Translations under genes and position numbers: made by a program
The notes under the pieces: model-generated
What the model was told of the DNA's origin: nothing
What the model saw: the letters and a program-made list of their open reading frames with translations, nothing else
Databases searched by the model: none
Assembly: GCA_963693365.1 (NCBI GenBank)
Contig: CAVNZM010000011.1
Location: 62,001 to 126,000 of the forward strand
Source of the DNA: Amoebidium appalachense
Taxonomy: Eukaryota; Protista; Ichthyosporea
DNA: 64,000 nt
Direction of reading: 5' to 3'
Shown here: piece after piece, positions 12,510 to 36,087 of the stretch
How the letters are laid out: every line of letters begins with the position of its first letter
Numbering within the stretch: position 1 is the first letter of the stretch

Positions 12510-13301
12510 CAGTATCGGAGAATGAAGCAAGCATGCCAGGTGCACTGCAAACCAACAGTGTGCCGTGCTGCACGTGGGCCTGCCGTGTGCGTACCTTGGT
12601 GGGCCAGGGCCTTGCCTGCCTGCAGCCTGTCCTCTGCAGCCACGAGCAGGTCCAGGCCAGCCAGCTGCGGGCCTAAGCCGTGGTGTACCAGGGAGGCAGC
12701 AGACGTGGCGGGGCGCAGGGCACAGCGTGCTGCTGCAGTGTGCTGACCACCGCACGCAGGAGGCAGGCCTGCTCGGCCACTCCGGACCACGGTGACGGGC
12801 CTGCAAGCTTAGCTGGGCATGCGCCTGCAGGTGCGCGTGGAAGGCAGCCACGTCCGCGCAGGGTTTCCCCGGCCACCCTGCCAGTGCGGAGGGGTCTGCA
12901 GAGGCCGGGGCAGCTGCTTGGAACGTGACCGTGCCCACGCGAGCCTGAAGCAGCTGCGGGCACGGCTCTGCGTCCAGCCAAGGTGTGCCTAAAGCCTGCG
13001 CGTCACCATGCTCGGACCGCCGCGATGCCGTGACGAGGGCGTGTGTGGTACCTTTTGGCTGCCGCCGGGGCCGGTTGCGGCGCCAGGATTCAAGAGGCTC
13101 GGAAGGCGGGTGCTGGGCTGCAAGCTGGCGGTGCGGCGCAAGCACGGGCAGAGCGGGCGCACTGAGGCGCAGCACGAGGGGCTCGGCCGTGTGGTCGTCG
13201 GCCACCTTACACATAACGAGGAACACGAACAGCGGCACAAGCACCACCCGCAGCACAAGCACCAGTCCCCGCCCGGCCACGTGCACAGCGCCGTTGTACA
13301 T
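11801..13301 (-). pseudogene. Possible decayed two-exon gene for a type II membrane protein of unknown family
   Basis: ATG at 13301 followed by hydrophobic GLVLVLRVVLVPLFVFLVMC; GC-rich coding-like texture; apparent intron 12594..12166 (GTACGC...CA repeats...TGCAG). The best reading frame is ambiguous and appears to switch. Confidence 0.35.
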
Positions 13302-13589
13302 GACTGCCCGGCGTGAGGGTGGCCACTAGTGTGCAGACCACTGGGGTGCTGGTGCGGCGACCATACTTGCACAGAGCACGTGCTTCCGGGGCACCAACCT
13401 GCAATAGGCCCCACGGTGGACCAAACGTGGACACCTGACGTGACAGCCTGAGGGTATGTGTGAGTCCGCGTACAAGTCACAAGTTGTAGGGGTGGTCACG
13501 GTGTGGCTGACTGACTGAGACTTGGCCGGTGGCGGTCCCACATCGCCAACCACCCACAACACATTAAAAAAAAAAAAAAAAAAAAAAAT

Positions 13590-14045
13590 TGGCTGTCGGT
13601 GGACCCCCGGCATGAATGCAAGTCACGCCGGAGGCAGTCGAGCGAGTGGAGTGGCTGCTGGGCATGCAGCCCAAAGTCGATCGGTTTGCCACCCACACCT
13701 CGGCAGTGAAGGCCGAGTTTAATGTGTGGGCCCAGGCAGGGGCCCCCAGTGGGATGGCAGACGGGTTGGCGGTGCCGTGGACGGCACCAAGCTGGTGGGC
13801 GCCTCCGTTCCCGCTGATCAAGCGAACGGTGGCCAAGCTGCAGCGGGAAGGTGCATCGGGCATCCTGGTCGTTCCAGTGTGGGATAAGGCGTCGTGGTGG
13901 CCCGTCATTCAGGGGTTGGCTTCGGCAAGTGTGCCTCTGCGCCCCTCTGAGGTGATTTTCCCGCGCGGGGTGCGGCCGTGACGTGTGCAAGCATTTCGTC
14001 TGGACGGCACCCCCGGCAGGCTGAGCGGCCCCAGCCAGCCAGCGT
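13590..14045 (+). mobile_element. DIRS-type retrotransposon pol relic: Dam-like methyltransferase domain following RNase H
   Basis: VDRFAT...ADGLAVPW...WWAPPFPLIKRTVAKLQREGASGILVVPVWDKASWWPVI matches the recalled DIRS MT pattern DLFA/DA..W/PP..LI...K/ILVVP.W....W.P. Frameshift near 13616 and in-frame TGA at 13979-13981 followed by RVQAFRLDG. Confidence 0.8.
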
Positions 14046-14678
14046 AATTGTATAATAGTGTATGTTAGCCGGCTGTGTCTTAGTGGACGTAGATAGCAGT
14101 TTGGTGTCTAAAATGATATATATATTTGGTAAATACTCATTTTATCCACCAATCGGAAGAAGATAGTGTGATGATCGGCATCACACATCTCTTCCTGTAA
14201 AAGCGACTATCTATAAAAGTCGTGTTTTTCGCTTCTCCCAAACAGTCTTTTCCTCGCCGCTTCTCTTAACTTAAGACCCACCCACCCGCCCGCATTCTGT
14301 TTCCTCGCTGTTTGCCTGCTGTTCTCAGCTTTATGGATCAGGGCTGTAAGTGCTAGGTTGAGGGTAGTAGTGCTTGGGGGGGGGGGGGGGGGGGGGGATG
14401 ATTTCTGTTTTCGGGCCCGAGGGCCTTATCTGTATTGATCTCGTGTGTATGGCCCCAGGGCCGGGAGTCAGTACATGTGATTTATTTGCGGCCCAGTGGG
14501 GGCCTGCGGGGACGGCGGCCGGGTGCTGCCTCTCATCATCAGACCGGCCATAAAGCAATCTAAAAGCAGTTTGGTGTCTAAAATATATCATTTGCCCACA
14601 AGGCACCGTTTGATTGGTTCTACACGCATCACGTTATCGGCCGCCATCAGCATCCCAACTTGGAAGGTGGCTCACAAG

Positions 14679-14717
14679 CAAGGCCTCCTAAATAGGTGTG
14701 CTATTTAGGAGGCCTTG
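14679..14717. mobile_element. 39-bp TIR-only hAT-like mini-element with perfect 8-bp TSD
   Basis: ctcacaag|caaggcctcctaaatag-gtgtg-ctatttaggaggccttg|ctcacaag. The outer 13 bp equal the right TIR of 9028-10691. Confidence 0.85.
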
Positions 14718-14882
14718 CTCACAAGGCAAAGCTTGCAACTTCAGGCAAGTGTCTCAGTCCACGCAAGCCATCATCAGCACTGGACTGAGCCCAGCCTCAC
14801 AGAAGGGCAGCGCCGTTTGCATGTGCACGTTACTCGGGGCGTCCACCTATGCGCAGCCACTAGCGGTGTAGCAGTGCCGAGG

Positions 14883-27555
<12,673 letters not shown>

Positions 27556-27970
27556 GCAGAATGGCTGGCACATTGCACACACACACATACGAGAACACCA
27601 TGCACACGGACACACACAAGGACTCCATGCACACACACACGTACAAGAAAGCCGTGCACACACATAAGAACATCACACATACACACATGCAGACACAGAC
27701 AGGCCACACAGGCGCATACCACTCACGCACAGACACAGCTACACCATGCATCCACACACAGACACATCATGCACACACACTAATCGACAGATACACCATG
27801 CACACACACACAGAGAGAGACCATGCCTCACACGCACACACCCGGAAGGCTCCGTGCATGTTCATATGTTGCTTGATAAGATACGAATGTGATGCAGTGT
27901 TGTCATGTTTGCATTTTTTTTTTTTTTTTTTCTTCGGGGGCGAGGGGAGGGAGAGAAGGGAGGGCTGTGT

Positions 27971-28001
<31 letters not shown>

Positions 28002-28494
28002 GGGAGGGGGGGGGGGGGGGGGGGGAGGGGAGGGGTTGTTGAGTATTCGTTTGCAGCTTGAATGAATGCGATGCATGAAGGGCAGGCTGGACCAGTGCCC
28101 ATGGATGGAAGTGGTGGTTGGCCCCAACATAAAAAACGAAAACCAGTAAACGGTACACGCACGAAATCAACACGGTTCCTTTAAAAAAAACCAATTTACA
28201 ATAAGGCAACAAAAGCCATCTTCTAATCAAAACACCAAGCAGCTCAAGCATATACTCCTGAGTTGTTTTGCGCTTTGGTTAAGTGTTTTATAATGCTACG
28301 TTAGACGCTACTGGAAACACAGCCGAGAGTCCCGACACTTTTCCTGCTACATTCCTCCCCAATCCTCACCAAATGCATCATGAGACACATATCCACTTGA
28401 TGGAACCGCGCAGACGATCTTGTGACGCACCGGCGGCTACTTAAGTGCATATGTACATCCCCTCCCCTCCCCCCTCTCCCCTCCCCCCTTCCCC

Positions 28495-28525
<31 letters not shown>

Positions 28526-28553
28526 CGGGGAGTCCCCTTAACACCTCACAAAA

Positions 28554-28593
<40 letters not shown>

Positions 28594-28823
28594 GGGGGGG
28601 AGGCAGAAGGGAAGGGGAGGGAAGGGGAGGGGGTGGGGTGGGTGAGAAATTCCCAGGGGGTATGTGGTGGGGGAGGGGGAGAGATAAGCCGTAACATACG
28701 AAGCCCTACAGCTGAAGCCCCGGAACCTTACGATTCCGGACGTCACCCCCAAATCTCGAGTCTATGTTGTCTTATAGAGGTAACCCCTGTACTTGCATGG
28801 GGTGTGCATTGGTATGCATGCGA

Positions 28824-28824
<1 letters not shown>

Positions 28825-28916
<92 letters not shown>

Positions 28917-29033
28917 TACTCACACACACACACACATGCGCGTGCACACACACAGACATACTCACACACACACACACATGCACGTGCACACACACACACA
29001 AACACACATGTGCGCGCACACACGCACACACAC

Positions 29034-29100
<67 letters not shown>

Positions 29101-29146
29101 CCCACTACCACACGCACACACATGCGCTCACACACACGCACACACA

Positions 29147-29198
<52 letters not shown>

Positions 29199-29310
29199 CG
29201 CACGTGCGCGCATACACACACACAAGCGTATGCCCTCTCACACAAAACACATGCGCGTGGATACGGCATACACTCACAACACACATGCGCTCTCTCACAC
29301 ACACACACAT

Positions 29311-29349
<39 letters not shown>

Positions 29350-29450
29350 GACAGACACACACACACACACAGACATACACACACACACACACACAGACAC
29401 ACACACACACACACACACACAGACACACACACACACACATGCACACACAA
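28825..29450. repeat. Long interrupted (CA)n microsatellite
   Basis: Direct reading. Confidence 0.95.
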
Positions 29451-29715
29451 GAACACACCCGTCAAAGTGTCCGCACACGAAACATCTGAACTTCGGACAC
29501 CTGCCAAGGGAAACTTCAATCCCCGACGGTACATACCCATGCACACACATACATGTATGCACCGCCGACACAATAGCTGTGGGGGGCAGACTGTATCACA
29601 AACATTGCAGATGTGTGCCGCTACATACGACCAGTGGAGGTTACAGGTTGCAGGAACTCTTTGGGGTACAGCAGGATCAATCTTGTTGCAAGGGTGGGGT
29701 TGATGTGGGGAGGAA

Positions 29716-29753
<38 letters not shown>

Positions 29754-29851
29754 CTTCTATCGTAGATGGGATGGAAAGAGCAAGGACCAAAGTCAAGTAC
29801 AGGGGAAGAAGAACTTTTTGCGTAATTATGTGTCTTCGTGTGTGTGTGTGT

Positions 29852-29884
<33 letters not shown>

Positions 29885-30377
29885 TAAGAATGGAGCATTC
29901 CGGAAAATGGCACAGCGGCTTAATGATTAAATAAGTTGCGCAAGTCTTACTGTGGGCATAGCCCACGTAGAATACAGTTACGGCCCAAAGGTTTGGGAAT
30001 AAATCCAAAGAATGACACCTAAAACCTGACATGGGATTGTTGTTAAATGGGTCTGAGGGGAAAGGGCAGAGGGCACCGGAGTGTAGGAGCCGGCATTGTT
30101 CGAGTCAGGGAAGATGTTGGTTCTGGGCACACGACCGCCCATTCTATCCTTATCAAAATAGCTGGGGACGTAACTGGGGTTTGTGGTGCACCCGACAGAT
30201 GCGCTCTCTTTAATGGGTCACTGTGAACATCACTGATATTCATTCGTTCATTCGTGCATGCTACATACGTCCACACAATCATTTGTCACTGTCGTGCAAC
30301 TAGGTGGCCAGCACCATGTCATGTACATGTGCACAGACTACTATTACATATGACTAACAACTATCTATCTATTTGGT

Positions 30378-31283
30378 CTAGAAGCTCCACACCATCTGTG
30401 CCGGGGCTGGTGCCAGTCTTTTTGTGGCACGTGGCGTGTTTGCTGCCAGCCTGGCTCGGCGGTGGCGGCGGAAGACACGTGTGTTTCTGCGCAGGTTTGC
30501 GGGCCGGGGGCAGCCGTGCACCCTCTGGTACAGGGCGCAGGCATTGCAAACACGGCGCGGGCCGTCTGGGTGCTTCTGTGTGCGCCAGATGCTGGTCTCG
30601 TACGTGCCGCAGTTGGCACACACCACCTGCCCGGGCTGGGGGCTGGCGTCGGGCGGCAGGATGGGGCGGTGGCAGTGGTGTGTCCTCAGATATGTGCCAC
30701 AGGCATTGCACAGTGTGCTGGCCCCATCGTGGCCCCGGCGCCACATGGTGGTCTCGCTGGTGTGGCAGTTGGCACAGCGCCGCCCCTCACTGCTGCTGCT
30801 GTCGGACTGGCTGCCGGGGCTGCACGGGCTGGCGGCTGGCGTGGGCGGGCACTCGAGCTTGGGCAGTGGGAGCAGGAGCATGTCAGACGCACAGGACGGC
30901 AGCGGGACAAGGCGCGTGTCGGCCTGCAGGCACATGGGCTGGCCCAGATCGAAGTGCGTGAGCTCACGCGGGCCCGGCGTGCGGGGGGTGGGCGGCGGGG
31001 TTAGGAGGACCGCCATCATGGCGTCGAAGGACATGCAGGGCGCCAGCAGGCCCGCAGATGGGTTGGGCGTTTGCATGGCAGGCAGGGTGTTGGGCATGTG
31101 CATGTGCACGTCCATGGGGGAGGGGGGCGGGCTGAGGGGCTGGGCTAGGAGCAGGTCGCTGGTCAGCGCCAGCAGGTCGGCATCCAATAGCGGCCCACTC
31201 AACCAGGCGTCGCCAGGCGCAGGAAAAAAGGCTACGCTAGTCATTTTCGGTGTACTAGGCTGTTCGTGTGGTGGCTGGGTCAT
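30378..31283 (-). CDS. Intronless GATA transcription factor with two C4 zinc fingers (start uncertain: ATG at 31373, 31283 or 31244)
   Basis: CANCHTSETTMWRR...LCNACGTYLRTHHCHRP and CANCGTYETSIWR...VCNACALYQRVHGCPRP, followed by a basic tail; Pro/Met-rich N-terminus. Confidence 0.93.
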   Translation of the reverse strand: MTQPPHEQPSTPKMTSVAFFPAPGDAWLSGPLLDADLLALTSDLLLAQPLSPPPSPMDVHMHMPNTLPAMQTPNPSAGLLAPCMSFDAMMAVLLTPPPTPRTPGPRELTHFDLGQPMCLQADTRLVPLPSCASDMLLLPLPKLECPPTPAASPCSPGSQSDSSSSEGRRCANCHTSETTMWRRGHDGASTLCNACGTYLRTHHCHRPILPPDASPQPGQVVCANCGTYETSIWRTQKHPDGPRRVCNACALYQRVHGCPRPANLRRNTRVFRRHRRARLAANTPRATKRLAPAPAQMVWSF

Positions 31284-31372
31284 GGGGGTGGGGCACTTTT
31301 CGTATTGTGTGCACCAGCAGTTGCTATACGAATCGATGAATGAATGAAGGAAATGGGGTCTCCACCGCTTCA

Positions 31373-31383
31373 TATATATAAAC
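31373..31383 (-). promoter_or_regulatory. Possible TATA box of the GATA gene
   Basis: TTTATATATA on the minus strand about 90-140 bp upstream of the downstream in-frame ATGs; motif evidence only. Confidence 0.3.
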
Positions 31384-32698
31384 TTGGGGGTGCCCCCGGG
31401 ATTCCAGGATTCTCATTACGGTAAGTACATACGATGACAATTACCCAATCAGTTTTGTAACAGATAAAACGCGTTGCAGTCGCCCGGGCGTTCGGCCAAG
31501 AGCTCTGCTGACGTCCATTACTGCCAGCTATCTACTGCCAGCCTACTCATTGTTAGGTTCCTGCAGCCTAAAGGAATAAAATGTGAATAGCATTTGTACA
31601 ATATGCTAGCCAGACACACCCCACTTCCTCAATCACTACTGATTTCAGTGTCCCAGGATTCCGAGTCTCCGACCCTGATAGTGATCAGGACCAATAGATG
31701 AAGACCTTCACCCACATGTAGATGCACCAATCGCCATCGTCTGTTGTATAACCAGGAATGCATCTCTCCTACGTCACGCCACGACCGATTGGCTCCCCCC
31801 GGCCCCCGGGTCTCCGGATCTAGCCGTGAGCCGCAACGTGAGGTGAACGGTTCGGCGGTATCTAAAAAACTAGAAAAAGAAAAGAAAATGGTCGTTCCTC
31901 GTGATCTGCCACTATTTATTCCGCATATATGCGTGTGTACACATTTCATTTCAAGTGAGATCTTGCAGACACACCGCCAGCGGTGCATGCAACAGCCTGC
32001 AGGGTCTGCAGGCTCACCGGTGTGCACGTGCGCGCAGTGTTTGTTTACTTTTGCCTTTGACATCCGCATGTTTGATTGGTCACCCGCGCCGTGTTCGTTG
32101 ACAACACTAGGCGCATCGTGCTTACGGTTCCGCCAATGAGAATTTAGAACAAAGCTCAGGAATGTTAGGAATTAGAACAAGATTCTGAAATGGGGGCCAA
32201 TCATTGCACGGCATTGTACAAAGGTCCCGTTGATCAGGGTGTGAAATTGTTTTTTGGCCATTTTAGCATCTTCTGTCCCTGCCAGCTGCCTGGATAAGCT
32301 CTGCCTGGATGGTGTTTTTTTTGTTTAGTTTTGGCTGTATTACATTTCAACCCCCCCCCCCCCCCCCCCCCCCCTCCGGTGACACACGCACATATTTTCA
32401 CACGTGCACACACACACACGCACACATAAAACACACACACACCAAAACTTTTAGTAAACACGTACACCATGGCCCACTCCAGGGAAAGGCTTTGATAGGG
32501 GGTAGGCAAGAGGGAGGGGGGGGGGGGGGGGGGGGGATGGGTGGAGGCTGTTAATGCGTTACGTTGTGTGTGTGATATGTGTAACATATGTGTGTGTTTG
32601 TGTATGTGTATGTGTCTCTGTGTGTGTGCGTGTGTTTGTCTGTGTGTGCACTTTGTGTGTGTGTGTGTGTGCGTGAATGTGTGCGTGCGTGCGTGGTT

Positions 32699-32738
<40 letters not shown>

Positions 32739-33043
32739 TGTATGTGTTTAGGCTGGGCGCATGCAAACAAAAGCACTGTATTATTGATAAGAACCCAGCC
32801 TTAATCAATCGCGTCGAAAGCAAGCTCTATTTGAAGACAACAACAAAAGATAATACACAAAATACCGTGAACCAAAGCAAGATCACAAACGGTGGTTAAC
32901 TTCCCAAAAAACCCAAAAAAACAGCATCTCATACCCAAATAGCAAAACAAGGCATAATGTGCATGCATGGCCAGCCCACGCTTTGCCAGTCACTGTCACA
33001 GTGTGCATATACCCTTCACGTGCATACAAATCATCATGATCAT

Positions 33044-33075
<32 letters not shown>

Positions 33076-33657
33076 AGGGCACCCACCCACCCCTCGGTAT
33101 GTGTGGTTACTGTGTCTTTTTTTTTTTTTTTTTTTTTTTTTGGGTGTGTGTTGGGGGGGGGGGGGGAGGGGGGTGTCCGGCATGTATGTGCGCACGTGCA
33201 TGTGCGTGCGTGCTGCGTGCAACCACAGTGCACGTGTACGTTGGACGCTATTGAATGTGTGTGTGGGTGTGGCATGAGTATGGGTGAATGTGTGCAACAT
33301 GTGTGTTGGCGAGTGTGTTTGTGCGCGCGCGCTTCAAAGCCAAAAACCACTGTGACCCAAGCCAACGTTAATCAATCACGACAAAATTTTAGTTCTATTG
33401 GGAAACTAAACAATGTTTTAAAAACAACCGTTTCAACTCTTTCGGCCAGATAACGAAATTTTCGGCTGAAGAACATAACCAAAAAGCCAAACCAAAGCAT
33501 TATTTGCACACACGGGTCAAACGCGTGCCGCTATGATCTACACATTCATCCCTGCCCCCCCATCATCACCCCCATCACCACAAGCCTCTACTAGACCCTC
33601 AGTGACCCAAATAACTTCATGGGACAGCCCCCTGGGAGGGGAGGGGAGGGGGCGGGT

Positions 33658-33687
<30 letters not shown>

Positions 33688-33688
<1 letters not shown>

Positions 33689-33835
33689 TTATTATGAGAT
33701 AAAGAACCCTACGCGTATATAGTCCAGGATATCATAACAATCTAATTGCTACAGTACACTTACTTGGCAACTCACCTATTATCCTAGAAGTCAGTGACCC
33801 TTGTACCGACATCATGAAGCTTCCCTCTCTATTAA

Positions 33836-33882
<47 letters not shown>

Positions 33883-34024
33883 TAATTATGAGATAAAGAA
33901 CTCTACGCGTATATAGTCCAGGATATCATAACAATCTAATTGCTACAGTACACTCACTTGGCAACTCACCTATTATCCTAGAAGTCAGTGACCCTTGTAT
34001 CGACATCATGAAGCTTCCCTCTCT

Positions 34025-34089
<65 letters not shown>

Positions 34090-34445
34090 TAATTATGAGA
34101 TAAAGAACTCTGCGCGTATATAGTTCAGGATATCATAACCGTTGAATCTAATTGCTACAGTATACTTGGCAACTCACCTATTATCCTAGAAGTCAGTGAC
34201 CCTTGTACCGACATCATGAAGCTTCCCTCTCTATTAGGGGGGGGGGGGGGGGGTGGGCGCGGGGGGTGCCGGGGGGGGGGGAGGGGGGGGGAGGGGGGAT
34301 AATTATGAGATAAAGAACTCTACGCGTATATAGTCCAGGATATCATAACAATCTAATTGCCACAGTACACTTACTTGGCAACTCACCTATTATCCTAGAA
34401 GTCAGTGACCCTTGTACCGACATCATGAAGCTTCCCTCTCTATAT

Positions 34446-34477
<32 letters not shown>

Positions 34478-34622
34478 CTAATTATGAGATAAAGAACTCT
34501 ACGCGTATATAGTCCAGGATATCATAACAATCTAATTGCTACTGTACACTTACTTGGCAACTCACCTATTATCCTAGAAGTCAGTGACCCTTGTACCGAT
34601 ATCATGAAGGCTTCCCTCTCTA

Positions 34623-34665
<43 letters not shown>

Positions 34666-34810
34666 ATAATTATGAGATGAAGAACTCTACGCGTATATAG
34701 TCCAGGATATCATAACAATCTAATTGCTACAGTACACTTACTTGGCAACTCATCTATTATCCTAGAAGTCAGTGACCCTTGTATCGGACATCATGAAGCT
34801 TCCCTCTCTA

Positions 34811-34850
<40 letters not shown>

Positions 34851-34994
34851 TAATTATGAGATAAAGAACTCTACGCGTATATAGTCCAGGATATCATAAC
34901 AATCTAATTGCTACAGTTCACTTACTTGGCAACTCACCTATTATCCTAGAAGTCAGTGACCCGGTACCGACATCATGAAGCTTCCCTCTCTATA
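33688..34994. repeat. Tandem array of 7 near-identical ~147-bp AT-rich units separated by ~30-60 nt poly-G spacers
   Basis: Units start at 33688, 33882, 34089, 34299, 34477, 34665 and 34850 (ataattatgagataaagaactctacgcgta...gaagcttccctctctatta). A degenerate unit end lies at about 33590-33630. Confidence 0.97.
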
Positions 34995-35714
34995 TGCATG
35001 GCACAGTAGTGATTCCGAGCACGCATACGGTGGGCCTCGGTACGTTTTTTTGGTTGCTGGCAGCCATGCACATGCATATTTTCTGTTGTGAAGTTGCTCT
35101 TAAACTTAACTTTCAATTGCATGGGGCCGGATCCGGATTCAACTTCCCACCACTCCGATCACGTGCGTCTCCTACGTACCTGCAACATCTTCTTGAATGG
35201 GCTGCAGCCTGGGGACCAATCGAACGGGGTTTCTTCAGTCCTCCGCACGGCCATCTTATGCTTTAATTTGTAACTTTAATTTTTAATTAAGATATTTGAA
35301 TCATTACTAAGGACAGAAGGACATGGGCAAACCTCATCCCAACCAAGATGTACGTACAAATCGAATAAAGCCCCACACATATCCGAGGATTGGTTTCTGT
35401 GCCTGCAGTAAACCCACAATTTGGCAGCTTTTTGTTCATCATTCACAGAATACCTACACACAGGCTGCATGATATTTCAATTACATACATAGTAACATAT
35501 GTACATACATACACATTCATACACATATGTATAGTATTACATCTATAACACAGCATATGTATCCTAGTAGTATCCAACCACCCACTAGTTCCCACCTACC
35601 CACCCACCTAACACCCATGCCCCCCCCCCCCCCCCTCTCCCCCCCAAAAAGAAAAAAAAAAAAAAAAGGAAAAAAAAAGAAAAAAGAAAAAGAAGATAGA
35701 CGAGAAAACCTTGT

Positions 35715-35746
<32 letters not shown>

Positions 35747-36087
35747 CCCCGTTGGCACATGCATTTGCAGCATACTCAACAAGACGATGCTCCTCAATAT
35801 TCCTATGTGGCACCATGCCCACCCTATTCTCTCCACCAGCACACACACAATCCATCCACATATCCATCACATCACCAACTGTCTCTGCCCCCATCCTCCC
35901 CTCCCTCAGCCACATCTCTGCCCCCACCCTATTTCATTCCGTCTCCTGCTATGACGTGTGTATGCTTTAGGCCCTCATTGCTGATCATTTGGCCGATAAT
36001 ACCGGCAGATTTCATATTCTTCAACTGCCCACACCTCCTCTCCAGCCCCGTGTCTCTGCAAGTGGCTGGCAACAAAGACACCACCAT

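Noticed and set aside
12840-12880. FAM20-like kinase motif (DVAAFH)
   Set aside because: A single short motif with no downstream catalytic motifs in any frame.
28633-29887. Long His/Thr- and Cys/Val-rich ORFs here and across the window
   Set aside because: Translations of (CA)n/(GT)n and poly-G/C tracts, which lack stop codons; not genes.
33688-34994. CRISPR array
   Set aside because: Repeats are ~147 bp, spacers are homopolymeric G, there are no cas genes, and the context is eukaryotic.
33688-34994. Spliced-leader RNA, snRNA or snoRNA gene array
   Set aside because: No Sm site or properly placed C/D or H/ACA boxes recognised by eye; only an Rfam scan could exclude it fully.
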